Counted from the first letter of the stretch, positions 36,402-47,260 are shown. The stretch: 58,943 nt of DNA from a virus (IMGVR_UViG_3300028883_000054:1-58943), one strand, 5' to 3'. Notes: generated by a model from the sequence alone, not told the origin. Program-made: numbers and translations.

Positions 36402-38492
36402 TTAATCGTCTCCTAAAAGAATCCACGTAATTGTTACGGTCCCGTCAATCGTTAACGCATCATTGCCGTCGCAATCTGCTTCGGTAATTGCCACATTAAG
36501 ATAAGCGTCTGACGATGTAGCCGAACCGTCAATCGTTTGATCTGTTGAATTAATAATATCGGCGGTAACCGTACCAGCGACCAAAGCAAGATCGTCTTTT
36601 GCGGTCAATACGGCTTCATTACCAGCGAGGACATCGTTATCCGTACCAACCGCTTCAGTACCGACACCAGCATCAAAAATAGCGTCCGCGTGAATATCCG
36701 TTCCTACTCGCGTGCAGGTCAATACTTGATGTGCACCGATCATTTTTATGTGACCCTCGGGAAAATCAATTAACTTTACTGAACCATGGGCTCCATTGCC
36801 GGCGGCATCTGTAATTGTCATTGAATAGCTTGAAAATGTCATTACTGATTTATGCACCGTATAAGCCGCATTATTTACACCACTTAATCCGGTTGCACTC
36901 GCCAGAGTTGGAGCGCCTGAATTACTATTTATTATTGATCCGTCTTCGAGGCGGATATCAGCCTCCTCAACAGTCGTTCCATGTCCAGCATCATCATAGA
37001 GATCAAGACCATAATCGAAACCATCGCCGGTCGTCGATCTTACTGATGTTGCCTTGAAAGCGGCGGGAATTGATATTCCATTCCCGTTATCGCCTTCGGC
37101 AAATGCCATAACCGCCGCATGAGGGGACGTGTTTGCCGCATCTTTTACAATACCAATAACTGCGGCCTTTGCTCCGGGAGTCGTAAGTGATACAGTTGGA
37201 TTAATTCCTTCGGTTTCGTAAATACCCATTAATCCGGCAATATATCCGGTCGGATCATCTCCGGCATCGGTTTCATCTATGGCGAGCCATCCCATTACTC
37301 CGTACATATTTGAGCGAACTTTTCCGCCATCCGCAAGAGTCGAATAAAATGAACCGCCGTATAATTCTGCTAAATCTGAAGAAACATCCGCCGTCGCGCT
37401 TGCCTGAATTGGCCTTAATGCACCATTGCCATCTCCAGCAGTAGCTTTTATTGTTGATGAGATACCATCTGTATATCCTGTCCCAGTCTGATCATCGGCG
37501 TATATGCCAAATATATTTGCTCCAGTTGTGACAGTATAATAAGAACCAGATGCTCCTACATTTACTAATCCGGCAATATCAACATTATCGTCAATATCAA
37601 CCGCATCAAAATTAGCAGTCCCATCAACATCAAGATCATCCGCAATATCAACGTTTCCATCTTCAACGTCGAGAGCATCTTGACCATTAGTGCCAGTAAT
37701 AATTAATGCTTCTTCCGAGGCATCCCATAGAAGATTATCGCCAGCGGTAGACGAATACAATAAAACGTCAACTCCGGTTCCATCTGCTCCGCCTGTGATT
37801 TGATCCAAGAAAGTAAACCCAGGAGTCCCATCACTTACAGAATTAAACGTAACAAGCCCACCATCGGCTTGAGTAGCAGACCAATAAGCCGCTGCATCAA
37901 ACCCATGTTTTAAGACTCCGGCCGTTATATTTACAGTCCCGTCCGTTGCATTGTCGATTGTCTCATCATTTTCTAATGTGATCGTTCCGTTAATTTCGAC
38001 ATCATCCGCAAATATAGCATCATCCCCTGATAATTGTAGAGGAGTTGCGCTCGAATTCGCTGAATACGTCTTAAACTGTAATTTTGAATCTTTTGAATCA
38101 TTAGTTACATCTGTAATTACCATTTCAATTTCGCTCCACGTGACATTATTTTCGTCATCGTCGTTTGCTTGAAATAGTATTTCCATTAGAATGTCATCGT
38201 CTTCCATCGGACCGTATGAATTTTGTAATATAAATTGTCCAATGGATTCCGTGGCTGAATCCGTAAAAACGACCGTCATTAAGGAATCATATGAATACAG
38301 GGGATTGTACAACGTTTTATTGTACATATCATATTCCCCATACCATATATATCTTTTGATTTTATTCCAACCGGTCATCCAAAGGCCCGGATCCGCCTTA
38401 TCGACTGCACTTGTCTGAGCGGATAAGATCTCCGGTCCGATTAGGAATGTAATAATAATCGCTAAGAGAATATATATAATTACTTTTCTCAT
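36402..38492 (-). CDS. fibre/decoration-like protein with Sec-type signal peptide
   Basis: MRKVIIYILLAIIITFLIGPEILSA-Q; Gly/Asp/Thr-rich beta repeats; compact beta C-domain. Confidence 0.7.
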   Translation of the reverse strand: MRKVIIYILLAIIITFLIGPEILSAQTSAVDKADPGLWMTGWNKIKRYIWYGEYDMYNKTLYNPLYSYDSLMTVVFTDSATESIGQFILQNSYGPMEDDDILMEILFQANDDDENNVTWSEIEMVITDVTNDSKDSKLQFKTYSANSSATPLQLSGDDAIFADDVEINGTITLENDETIDNATDGTVNITAGVLKHGFDAAAYWSATQADGGLVTFNSVSDGTPGFTFLDQITGGADGTGVDVLLYSSTAGDNLLWDASEEALIITGTNGQDALDVEDGNVDIADDLDVDGTANFDAVDIDDNVDIAGLVNVGASGSYYTVTTGANIFGIYADDQTGTGYTDGISSTIKATAGDGNGALRPIQASATADVSSDLAELYGGSFYSTLADGGKVRSNMYGVMGWLAIDETDAGDDPTGYIAGLMGIYETEGINPTVSLTTPGAKAAVIGIVKDAANTSPHAAVMAFAEGDNGNGISIPAAFKATSVRSTTGDGFDYGLDLYDDAGHGTTVEEADIRLEDGSIINSNSGAPTLASATGLSGVNNAAYTVHKSVMTFSSYSMTITDAAGNGAHGSVKLIDFPEGHIKMIGAHQVLTCTRVGTDIHADAIFDAGVGTEAVGTDNDVLAGNEAVLTAKDDLALVAGTVTADIINSTDQTIDGSATSSDAYLNVAITEADCDGNDALTIDGTVTITWILLGDD

Positions 38493-38776
38493 TTTTCTTT
38501 ATTCTCCTCTTGTTTAGAATTTTCATTAGGCTTCGGATCTGGATCCTTAACCTCTTTTGTTTTTTTTGTTGTTTTTTTGGCAGGAGCCAAATCATATCGT
38601 CGCCGATGATCCGGCCAACTTAATTCAGCCCGCCAAAAAGCGTTATCGGGGACTGATCGAACTTTTTTTGGGTTTTTTTCGTATTCAGGACGATCTACCT
38701 TTAAGATAAATTTACCGTGCATTTCAAATTTGCAGATAGATTTTCTCAATACAATATCCATCATTTTTTGAGCCAT
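38489..38776 (-). CDS. small basic head-region protein
   Basis: GGAGGT RBS; after capsid. Confidence 0.65.
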   Translation of the reverse strand: MAQKMMDIVLRKSICKFEMHGKFILKVDRPEYEKNPKKVRSVPDNAFWRAELSWPDHRRRYDLAPAKKTTKKTKEVKDPDPKPNENSKQEENKEK

Positions 38777-38811
38777 TTAATAACCTCCATTTAATAAATT
38801 TTCTTATACAA

Positions 38812-39921
38812 TTAAGCGGAGACTAAGCTCAATGCACCAATTGCCTCCCGATCATTCACTTCTGTTAAGATTTGCATCGATATTGTCGTATGCACTTCCT
38901 GGACTTTCGTGAATTGCTCAGTTTCCTGAAGCATTAATTGATCATCCGTAATCAGATTAATTGCTTTTTTTGTATCAATTCCAATTATCTGATCTGTTGA
39001 CAATTGCGTTGAATCCCATCGTTCACCAGCAGGGAAAGGCAGTCCGATAACATTCGTAACCTCTGATTTAGAATCCTTTGGATTTGTCATCGAAGCGAAT
39101 GCCTCAGCATACAATCTCAACGCTTCTACACGTGCAAAATATTGATTAATTTTATAACCTTGGCTTAAACACGTTATAAATTTTATAATATCTTTTGGTA
39201 CGACGGCTCCAGTTGTCGTCACATTTTCTTGATGGTTATCAGTGTCAAGTCCATTTGTGACTCCATCGCCGTTGATCGCTGTATAAATCAACAGATCCAG
39301 AATATCAATTGCCAATTGACGACCCATGTCATCCAGCACCTTTGATTTCAATGCAGAAAATCTCATTGATTTCATCGTATTGTAATCAAATGATAAAGTC
39401 GCACCGTATTGCTTTTTATGAAGTGCATCTTCGGCGGCTGTCACATGAATTTCCTTAAATGGAGCCCGATCACCGCGACGAGCCAAACTCCGATTATGTT
39501 GATCACTCGTATAAGTTAACGTTTGATAATTTTGATCATTTGACCGGATGATATTTGCAAAAAACCTTGTATAATCAAGCGTATACAGAGCCTCTGCATG
39601 AATTGTCTGAGAAATTAATTCGGGAAATAACACGTTCGGCCCGGCTGTCCAGATTGTTTTAATCGTTGAATTATGATTAATACCAAAATGAGATAGCATT
39701 TTCTCAAATATATGTTTCGGTATCGGTTCACCATTTTTTTTCATTTCTTTACGAGCAAGGAAAATATCAGTCTTACTCATATTTCTATAAATATCATGAT
39801 CTCCATTAAAATTATTTTCGATGGCCAAATCAGTTAAAACCTCTAAGACGGTTTTCTCGTCTGATACGGCTCTTCTGTAAATATTGAAATCAAGATTTTT
39901 TGCGAATTCTTTAAGTTCCAT
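38812..39921 (-). CDS. major capsid protein (HK97 fold)
   Basis: 369 aa; LFPE.I, K.YG......Y, AINGDG; synteny. Confidence 0.85.
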   Translation of the reverse strand: MELKEFAKNLDFNIYRRAVSDEKTVLEVLTDLAIENNFNGDHDIYRNMSKTDIFLARKEMKKNGEPIPKHIFEKMLSHFGINHNSTIKTIWTAGPNVLFPELISQTIHAEALYTLDYTRFFANIIRSNDQNYQTLTYTSDQHNRSLARRGDRAPFKEIHVTAAEDALHKKQYGATLSFDYNTMKSMRFSALKSKVLDDMGRQLAIDILDLLIYTAINGDGVTNGLDTDNHQENVTTTGAVVPKDIIKFITCLSQGYKINQYFARVEALRLYAEAFASMTNPKDSKSEVTNVIGLPFPAGERWDSTQLSTDQIIGIDTKKAINLITDDQLMLQETEQFTKVQEVHTTISMQILTEVNDREAIGALSLVSA

Positions 39922-39994
39922 TTTCGTTTCCTTTTTAATTCAGGTTTATTGTCTCTAAAAACATATCTTGTTTAAATTTTAATTTAAATAGGGA

Positions 39995-40453
39995 CTATAC
40001 TATTGCGTGGACGACTGAGTTTGTCGTATCTACATTGATAATTTTACCAATTCCACCGGACGTAACACCATCCACGACATCTCCATCCGTACCATCCATT
40101 TGAATTTCTTCGCCCAATGAGGGTGCGGTATTCTCACCATAACTAAATTCAAAAATCCCTATTGGAGTATGCAAATTTCCTTCATAGTCAGCATATTTGA
40201 ATAAGGATACAGATAAAATATATCCGTATGTCTTATCTTTCTTGTAATTGACTATTTTTCCATTCGGAGCCACACCATTGCCCGCGAGAGAAACTTCGTT
40301 ATTATTCGAAGTGCTGATTACTATATAAATATCTTGCAATTCCGGAGTACCGGCCGTCTCGTAGCCTTCTAATGTGTCTTTAAGAGATGAATCCGGATAG
40401 AATTCATGCACGACTGGGCTTTTTACCCGTTGTCCGCCAATATCTTCAAACAT
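39995..40453 (-). CDS. head decoration/cement protein
   Basis: between protease and capsid; Gly-rich beta protein. Confidence 0.65.
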   Translation of the reverse strand: MFEDIGGQRVKSPVVHEFYPDSSLKDTLEGYETAGTPELQDIYIVISTSNNNEVSLAGNGVAPNGKIVNYKKDKTYGYILSVSLFKYADYEGNLHTPIGIFEFSYGENTAPSLGEEIQMDGTDGDVVDGVTSGGIGKIINVDTTNSVVHAIV

Positions 40454-40537
40454 CTTTTTGTCCTTTCAATTCAGGTTTATTTTCTTAATTAACTGGTCCG
40501 TATTCGGTCCTAATATATGGCAATCAAAAAAAACATA

Positions 40538-42331
40538 TTACAAAGAAATCTGATTCCTTAAATAATTCTTTTTCTCAGGCTTTTCTTCGTCTTCTGGATT
40601 CGTGCTATCATCGACTTTTGCAGGCAACTGTTTCAACATGAACCCGTCGAACTCAAATCCCTGTTGCGTATTGTTGAAAAGATTTTTGACATAATTAAAT
40701 TTCTGTAATAGATCATCGACTAAATTCTTTTCATACATCGCTTTCGCGGCTTCAACCTTCTCATCGTTGTCATAAACTTTCATAAGTCTTTCGAGCTTAA
40801 TGATATTATTGATAACCTGAGATTTATATTTCTTTTGATCGTTTAATGCGGCCTTAACTTCATCGACGGATACGCCCGATTCCAAAGCCTTAATACTTTT
40901 TGCAAATTCAATATTTTCTTGATCCTCTTTTGAAACAGGAGTATCTTCGCCTCCCTGTCTTTCAATAGAATCTAATTTTGCTTGGATATCATTATCCAGT
41001 GTTTTTTGCTGTTCTTCATTTCCCTCAGTCAATTCGTATACGACATCGCCAAGGCTTTTTAATTTAATTTTCATTCGTTCAACTCCTTCTATTGGTTGAA
41101 TATTGTTTCCTTGCTCAATTAATCCAAGCTGAGCCAAGTATTTATTAATTTCTGAATAATCCCTTTCGCCCGCAGTTTTGTCGATTTTGTCGATCTTTAC
41201 TCGGAGCGCCGAAAGATTAATCAAACCATCATTCTCAATTTTTTCGGTATATTCAAGATCCTGGTCATCTTCGGTTCTTTCGAGATAATATTTTCGTGTC
41301 CCGTTGTGGCCAACAAAAAGAATCCCTTTTTCAATCAAAGCATCAATTTCTTTGCAAAAATATTTCAAACTTGGATCATGAATTTGGTTTAATCCTGACC
41401 AAAATTTAATATAATTAGGCGGCAAATTTGCTAATACATCTTGGCTGAAGAATTTACCGCCTACTCCCTTTTGGTTTACAATCCCGTATTGGGACCCTAA
41501 CCAAACGCCGGAGCCCTCCAGCGCTTCAGCTCGCATATCTTTACTTGATTTCCATTCCCAAAAAAGGACATTGGAGCCGCCCTCTTCGTAATATGGATCA
41601 CAGACCGGACAATTAAATCGAATGGACGTATAGTAATCAATCCCGGCCTGAATGTCTGAGACTCTTTGTTTTTCAAGTTCTGATCGATTCATTACGTAAA
41701 ACTTTACTTTAAGCCAATATATCCCACCGTCGATCTCTCGAACTTTTTCGAGTTGCTTTTGAATGTCCTTCCTTGGATTATATCCAATAAGTTTTCTCGC
41801 TTCTTCAATTGTCGTTTCCATTAGTTCCGCATCATAAAATTTCCCTGTCTTAATAGAAGTATTATGATCATGGAGCCTTAACTTTCCTACAATCGACGTT
41901 TTAAAATCCTTAACCGTTTGTAAAGTAAACCGTTCATCATCTCGATCAATAAAATTATTACACAAAAACATCGAGAAAGCTTTAACATCTTCCTGAGAAA
42001 ATGCGTCCGGCTCGATCATTTGCCTTTGGATCTTCCTCCATTCAGCCGAATCTTCAGCGAGATTGACCGCCTTTAACTCCGACGATACGGAGTTGATCTT
42101 CTCAACCGGCTCCATATTTTTTCGAACATTCATTTTAATCAACTCCAAATAATTTAAACATTCATTTACGTTTTTAAATATCAGGTTATCCCTTTCAAGA
42201 TGATCTTTGTGTTTACGAGGGAACCAAGCACTCTCATTATCAAAGGATACGCCCCGATATTTCATATTAATGTTAGGTCCAACATCAACCTTAAATTTAA
42301 AATATCGTTGTGATTTCTGGACAAGCTCCAT
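40538..42331 (-). CDS. prohead protease/scaffold protein
   Basis: N.IDRD.ERF, DH, GI....SI.F, EALEGS.V; acidic coiled C-terminus; start may be further downstream. Confidence 0.75.
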   Translation of the reverse strand: MELVQKSQRYFKFKVDVGPNINMKYRGVSFDNESAWFPRKHKDHLERDNLIFKNVNECLNYLELIKMNVRKNMEPVEKINSVSSELKAVNLAEDSAEWRKIQRQMIEPDAFSQEDVKAFSMFLCNNFIDRDDERFTLQTVKDFKTSIVGKLRLHDHNTSIKTGKFYDAELMETTIEEARKLIGYNPRKDIQKQLEKVREIDGGIYWLKVKFYVMNRSELEKQRVSDIQAGIDYYTSIRFNCPVCDPYYEEGGSNVLFWEWKSSKDMRAEALEGSGVWLGSQYGIVNQKGVGGKFFSQDVLANLPPNYIKFWSGLNQIHDPSLKYFCKEIDALIEKGILFVGHNGTRKYYLERTEDDQDLEYTEKIENDGLINLSALRVKIDKIDKTAGERDYSEINKYLAQLGLIEQGNNIQPIEGVERMKIKLKSLGDVVYELTEGNEEQQKTLDNDIQAKLDSIERQGGEDTPVSKEDQENIEFAKSIKALESGVSVDEVKAALNDQKKYKSQVINNIIKLERLMKVYDNDEKVEAAKAMYEKNLVDDLLQKFNYVKNLFNNTQQGFEFDGFMLKQLPAKVDDSTNPEDEEKPEKKNYLRNQISL

Positions 42332-42561
42332 TATTTTTTGTAACCTTTTTCAAACGGTTTCTTTTTTGAATCCTCGATAAAATTCGATTTTTCTTTCAAT
42401 GGTTCGCCCGGATCCTTTTTGAGATCGATCGGCGTCTTTTTTGATTCTTCGAATTTCTTTTTTACATCTGGATCGCATACGTGCATTTTTACTATTTGCA
42501 TTAATGTGAGGCTTTTACCTCCGTTAATAACTTCGCCGCAATTTGGACATACATATCTCAT
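42331..42561 (-). CDS. small Zn-finger protein
   Basis: CPNC...H.C; AGGAG RBS. Confidence 0.55.
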   Translation of the reverse strand: MRYVCPNCGEVINGGKSLTLMQIVKMHVCDPDVKKKFEESKKTPIDLKKDPGEPLKEKSNFIEDSKKKPFEKGYKK

Positions 42562-42564
42562 AAT

Positions 42565-42765
42565 TTAATCTCCTTTGTCTTCTAACATTTTAACAGTTAT
42601 CAAATTCGGTTTCATAACTAAAAACACTTGTTGTGAATCAGGATTTACATCAACTGAAACAGTTGAAATAAAATTAGTAATGTCTAAAATAAGTTCATCC
42701 TTTTTTAAAATAACTGATGTTATTTTAGAATGTTTGTTTCTTAAAATTTCAACATCCATTATCAT
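42565..42765 (-). CDS. hypothetical protein
   Basis: ORF in late operon. Confidence 0.5.
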   Translation of the reverse strand: MIMDVEILRNKHSKITSVILKKDELILDITNFISTVSVDVNPDSQQVFLVMKPNLITVKMLEDKGD

Positions 42766-42794
42766 GCCCTCTCTTCAGTATAGAAATTTATATA

Positions 42795-43043
42795 TCATTC
42801 TGATTGATCGATATTTATATTTATTCCTCTATTTATTTTTACTCTTGATATCCAAGCCGCTAACCATAGCAAATCATCGGCAAATTTAATAATATATCTT
42901 GATATGATAAATCGCCATTGATATTTACCGGCTTCTTTTTCAATCGCTTTTTTTAAATCCTCATTTATTTCGTATTCAAAAGTAAGTTGATTAAACGAAC
43001 TTCTAACCATTTTTTCGAGACCTATATTTTTTAAAGTGACCAT
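42795..43043 (-). CDS. hypothetical protein
   Basis: GGGAG RBS. Confidence 0.5.
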   Translation of the reverse strand: MVTLKNIGLEKMVRSSFNQLTFEYEINEDLKKAIEKEAGKYQWRFIISRYIIKFADDLLWLAAWISRVKINRGININIDQSE

Positions 43044-43053
43044 ACTCTCTCCC

Positions 43054-44145
43054 TTATAATAACTGACTTAACACAATTGGTAGTTCTTCGCGCCCCTCCT
43101 GAGTATACGGATTGTTATTCCATCTTTCTTGAACCGGCCGCCCTTGATTTGTGTACCTTGAGGATCTAATACAACAGCAGTGAGGATGAGTAGAAGAAAC
43201 CGGTTCCGGACCTTCCCCTAATTTCCACATTTTTCCATCCAGCGCTAAGCAAATTTCACAAGCTGTAAGAGCCGCAGACCAGACCTCATATTTTGTCCCT
43301 GAAGCTTTTGACTGGACATTAAATCCTACATTTGCCGCTAACACTGGTTCTGACCTTGCAATTCGTCGCCAGTACCATAATTCCCCGCCGTAATTTTTGT
43401 GTAAAAATCTCGCCGCCGCCCATGGCGATTTCCCCTCTTTTGCTATCTCAATTAATTGTTTCTTAACTGCTTTCATATTTTTAATGGCGAGTTTTGTCGT
43501 AATCCTGTTTCCACCGTCTTTAATAGCCGCTTGAAGATAATAATTTTCAAGTTGTGCAGCGAGTTCCGTCTGATTAATTGCTCTTGGATCAAAACCTTCC
43601 GGCGCGTGCCTTATAATATCCTTAATTACCCGTCCAATCGTCATGCTATATGAGTTAAACATAAAATAATGGAGGATAGGGAGCTCAGCACTTATTTTAA
43701 TACTTTTCTCTTCAAGTTTCTCATTCCCAGTTATATCAGCGTTTAAGTCCTCAATAATCCTCTTCATTGCCTTAAACTGTGAATTATTTACCGTAAATGG
43801 AGATGATGGAGGATCTTCCTCTTCGTTTAATAATGAATTCGTAACTTCATCAAACGACGGTAGATTAAACGCCTTTAGGATATCTATTTCTGCGTTAATA
43901 ACTTTATCCGCAAGATTTTCATAGAAATCTTTTTGAATTTTCCTCATCTCTGGCCATCGATGTTGATGCGTGGCCAATTCGGCTTCGACAAGGGATTGAG
44001 TAGGAACTTTACAACATATATCATCTATCGGATCCGGGATCATTGATAAAGCATAGGGGACAATTTTACCCTTAAAATGTTTTGAAAATATCGGATCTTT
44101 TCTCAATACTGAGATTGGGATATATATGTTGTTCAATTTAAGCAT
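43054..44145 (-). CDS. head morphogenesis protein (Mu gpF / SPP1 gp7 family)
   Basis: RIARSE, W......C..C..LDGK, HPHCCC. Confidence 0.88.
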   Translation of the reverse strand: MLKLNNIYIPISVLRKDPIFSKHFKGKIVPYALSMIPDPIDDICCKVPTQSLVEAELATHQHRWPEMRKIQKDFYENLADKVINAEIDILKAFNLPSFDEVTNSLLNEEEDPPSSPFTVNNSQFKAMKRIIEDLNADITGNEKLEEKSIKISAELPILHYFMFNSYSMTIGRVIKDIIRHAPEGFDPRAINQTELAAQLENYYLQAAIKDGGNRITTKLAIKNMKAVKKQLIEIAKEGKSPWAAARFLHKNYGGELWYWRRIARSEPVLAANVGFNVQSKASGTKYEVWSAALTACEICLALDGKMWKLGEGPEPVSSTHPHCCCIRSSRYTNQGRPVQERWNNNPYTQEGREELPIVLSQLL

Positions 44146-44393
44146 AATTTATGAGCCGTATTAATTTTGCCGTTTTTAATTAAAACTGCTTGATCGAAAT
44201 CGCCTTGTATAACCTGAATAGCCTTTAGGATATTTTCAAATTGATATTCTTTTTTTGCATACAACCGCGCGGCTGTTAAAATAAGATCTTCGCGGTTCGT
44301 AATTTTTAGGACGATCCCGATTTTCTTATCTTTGAATATAGCCGGATAAGATTCTTTTAGAATTAAGAGATATTCAACTAAATTATTATTCAT
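44133..44393 (-). CDS. hypothetical protein
   Basis: ORF overlapping both neighbours. Confidence 0.55.
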   Translation of the reverse strand: MNNNLVEYLLILKESYPAIFKDKKIGIVLKITNREDLILTAARLYAKKEYQFENILKAIQVIQGDFDQAVLIKNGKINTAHKLCLN

Positions 44394-45423
44394 GTAAAGA
44401 ATACTCGATATAAATGTCTAAACTTCCCGCACTTGCATCTGTATTTTGATCAAAATACTGTGCAATTATTTGCGTACTACCGGCCATCTTATTCGGGATG
44501 TTTCCGTCCATAGTCGTCGTCCATCCTGCGCCTGATATATCCAGATTATCCTTATAATAGTTGCCCGTTCCGGTAACTCCGATATCCAATAAATCGGTAC
44601 CGCTCCCATTAAATAGAGTTGTGACTTCTACCTTAATCGACCAAATAACTGCGCTCGCTGGTAATTGGAGAATATTAACCGCTCCGCTGGCATCGCTGTA
44701 AGTTATTGTCTTTTTCTCGATTAATTTAACTGAACTATTATTTACTTTTATATTTTGATCAAAAACATATGAACCAGCATCAATAAATTTCATTGTCCCA
44801 TCTTGTTGAAGATAAATCTCCATTGTCGTTTGAGCGCCGCTGTTAGATTCAGAATGTAAGACAAGATGCCGTAAACTATCAACAACGAGACCAGTTGAAT
44901 CATCAATTATGATATATACGCTTCCGCCTGTGTACGGCGTCGACGATCCCGCTCTAATCTCCCATGATCTCCCACCACCCTGAGCGGCGTCACCCGCTTT
45001 AATATTGTTCCTATTTTTTGAGCCATAGCTATAAAAACCGTCATAATTTCTTAAGGTATAGGGATAAGTTGAAAAGTATCCTGATGCAATAATATTCCCA
45101 CTTACATCGATCTCGGCTCCCGGTGTCTTATTAATGCCTATAAAAGCATCACTTATAATTATATAATCTTTAGCGCCTGCTTCGGTGAACACTATCCGCC
45201 CGTCACTTGCACCTAATCCGATATATTCCGCTGTTGTCATAATAATTTCATTATGGACATTAATTCCACTCGAATTATAAAGATGCGTGGGATAAAGCCG
45301 GTTCACTGTGAGCCCTATATAACCAGTCGAGTCCGGTTGTACGGATGCACCATGCCCCCACTGAGAGAAAACAGAAAGGGGGATTAATAATATAAAAAAT
45401 ATTACAAAAAATATTCGTTTCAT
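44386..45423 (-). CDS. signal-peptide protein with fibre-like repeats and capsid-decoration-like C-domain
   Basis: MKRIFFVIFFILLIPLSVFS-Q; IGIN..P..EIDVSGNI repeat; LPA.A......V.V.T.FNG...L.IG. Confidence 0.65.
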   Translation of the reverse strand: MKRIFFVIFFILLIPLSVFSQWGHGASVQPDSTGYIGLTVNRLYPTHLYNSSGINVHNEIIMTTAEYIGLGASDGRIVFTEAGAKDYIIISDAFIGINKTPGAEIDVSGNIIASGYFSTYPYTLRNYDGFYSYGSKNRNNIKAGDAAQGGGRSWEIRAGSSTPYTGGSVYIIIDDSTGLVVDSLRHLVLHSESNSGAQTTMEIYLQQDGTMKFIDAGSYVFDQNIKVNNSSVKLIEKKTITYSDASGAVNILQLPASAVIWSIKVEVTTLFNGSGTDLLDIGVTGTGNYYKDNLDISGAGWTTTMDGNIPNKMAGSTQIIAQYFDQNTDASAGSLDIYIEYSLHE

Positions 45424-45857
45424 TATTTCCACTCCTCCCAAAAGTTTTTCCTTACTGTTAAAATATTATCCGATCCAACAATTGAACCGATTTCAGCAAT
45501 TGCTCTAATTCGTGTCCATTCTTTTGGCGGGATTGCCGACGCTGTTAAGCAATAGTCGTACCACGTATAATCACTATTATGATAACACGTTTCCTCCAAT
45601 GTTATAGAATCAACCGGAGTCCACCGTGATTGATCGTCACTCATTTCAAATATAATTTTATGACAAAGCGTACTAACATCTGAAAAATTAAAACTATAAC
45701 TCATATGAGTTCGCGATCGATGGATTACGCTCGTAGTATCTGCGCCGACTCGGAAAGTGTCGATTAATACCGTTGCGGTATCAAAGACCGCTTTTTGAGC
45801 AAACACGTTTGAAGCGACCAAAATTAATATGATAAAAAACATTATGTATCTCTTCAT
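45423..45857 (-). CDS. secreted beta-sandwich protein
   Basis: MKRYIMFFIILILVASNVFA-Q; E.S.D...W..V; R.R motif. Confidence 0.65.
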   Translation of the reverse strand: MKRYIMFFIILILVASNVFAQKAVFDTATVLIDTFRVGADTTSVIHRSRTHMSYSFNFSDVSTLCHKIIFEMSDDQSRWTPVDSITLEETCYHNSDYTWYDYCLTASAIPPKEWTRIRAIAEIGSIVGSDNILTVRKNFWEEWK

Positions 45858-45859
45858 AA

Positions 45860-47260
45860 TTAATTCTCCTGTAAAATATTCTTAACCGTAAGACCGATCA
45901 GGCCCTTAATACCTTTATTTCTTATATTTTTAATAAAATTTTCATAACCATAATTTTTAATATTCTCTATATCGATAATTTCAAATCGAGTCAGTTCTTC
46001 AATGAGTGTTTCTTCAGGGATAATCGCACTGGAATAAAGATTTATCAAAACCTCTGCTTTTGCCTTTTGAGCCTGTGCATTCATGAGAGCCGCCCGGGCT
46101 GTTTCGACGAGATCCTGGAGCGATACTCCATCCCATTCGTACTGATAATCTGTGTCGGTGATATTTGTCATAGTTAATTGTTGATTGTGAATATATCGAA
46201 GATTTGATGTAATATCTTCGCGATAGTTCTTAATTCTCTGATTCAGGATATCGCTTTGATGCTGGGTAAGTCTGAAAGATGAAGCGCCTCCGTAATATCC
46301 AACAAGAAATCCCGGAAGCCCAGTTGCGGCTTCAAAACCACTCATAACCATCCGCCACGGAATTGTCATATCCATGAGTTGAGCTTCTCCGCCTACAACC
46401 TTTAGATCGACCTCGCACCCAGGAAGAGCCGGCATCATAATATCGGTAACTTCTCCGATACTCTTCCCTTTTTGCCACTCTTTGAGCGCTAACTCAATTG
46501 AAGCATAAAAATCTTTAATCGCTGCCGGCTGAACACCTGAGTCTTTATCAGTTTTCGATTTTGTGTAAAAACTAATATTTTGTAGTCGCTCCGCTTGGCT
46601 TTCAACCGCCTTTATGAGTCTGAAATTAATTTGTCCTACAATTGGGAGGGAGTCAAAAATTGACCGGCCGACCGGATCACCTTTCCGAAGATCATGAGCG
46701 CAATAAACAATCCACTCTTGATTTTCGAACGGCTCCGGAGTTATGGACATTGGAGTTGTTTGGGCGTATTGCAATTGTCCGGTTGATTTATCTCTTACAA
46801 ACCGCATATTTTTTGTATTACAAATAAGTAAACGATTTATATTCTGAAGAAATACGTCCGGGACGATCTCCGTGAATGTCATACCCGTTTCAAGATATGA
46901 GTCAATGACTTGCTTTATATAAGTGCTGATTCCCTTTTGCAGGTCATTAATTTTAATTTTTTCGTTGAAATCGTTTAAGGTATCAGTGATTTTCTGATTC
47001 TCTGAAGTTACGCGGGGAGATCCCACCAGATAAGTATATAGAAGTATCGACGCGTTAAGCATCGGAAAAGCTTCCCGGAGTGTTTCATAAAGTCCGTAAA
47101 TCCTTGTATTTCTTTGATATTGGAACTCTCCGAAAATATTAACGTCGGATCTTACCGATTGTCTCGGATTATCATTTCCTTTGTATATATACGTCTCGTT
47201 TGATACGCTTCTGCCTCGAAGCGCATTAATGCTATTTGAAATTCTTTGTCTTAGATTCAT
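45860..47260 (-). CDS. portal protein
   Basis: 466 aa directly after TerL; P.GRS, ATGLP.FL.G motifs. Confidence 0.85.
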   Translation of the reverse strand: MNLRQRISNSINALRGRSVSNETYIYKGNDNPRQSVRSDVNIFGEFQYQRNTRIYGLYETLREAFPMLNASILLYTYLVGSPRVTSENQKITDTLNDFNEKIKINDLQKGISTYIKQVIDSYLETGMTFTEIVPDVFLQNINRLLICNTKNMRFVRDKSTGQLQYAQTTPMSITPEPFENQEWIVYCAHDLRKGDPVGRSIFDSLPIVGQINFRLIKAVESQAERLQNISFYTKSKTDKDSGVQPAAIKDFYASIELALKEWQKGKSIGEVTDIMMPALPGCEVDLKVVGGEAQLMDMTIPWRMVMSGFEAATGLPGFLVGYYGGASSFRLTQHQSDILNQRIKNYREDITSNLRYIHNQQLTMTNITDTDYQYEWDGVSLQDLVETARAALMNAQAQKAKAEVLINLYSSAIIPEETLIEELTRFEIIDIENIKNYGYENFIKNIRNKGIKGLIGLTVKNILQEN

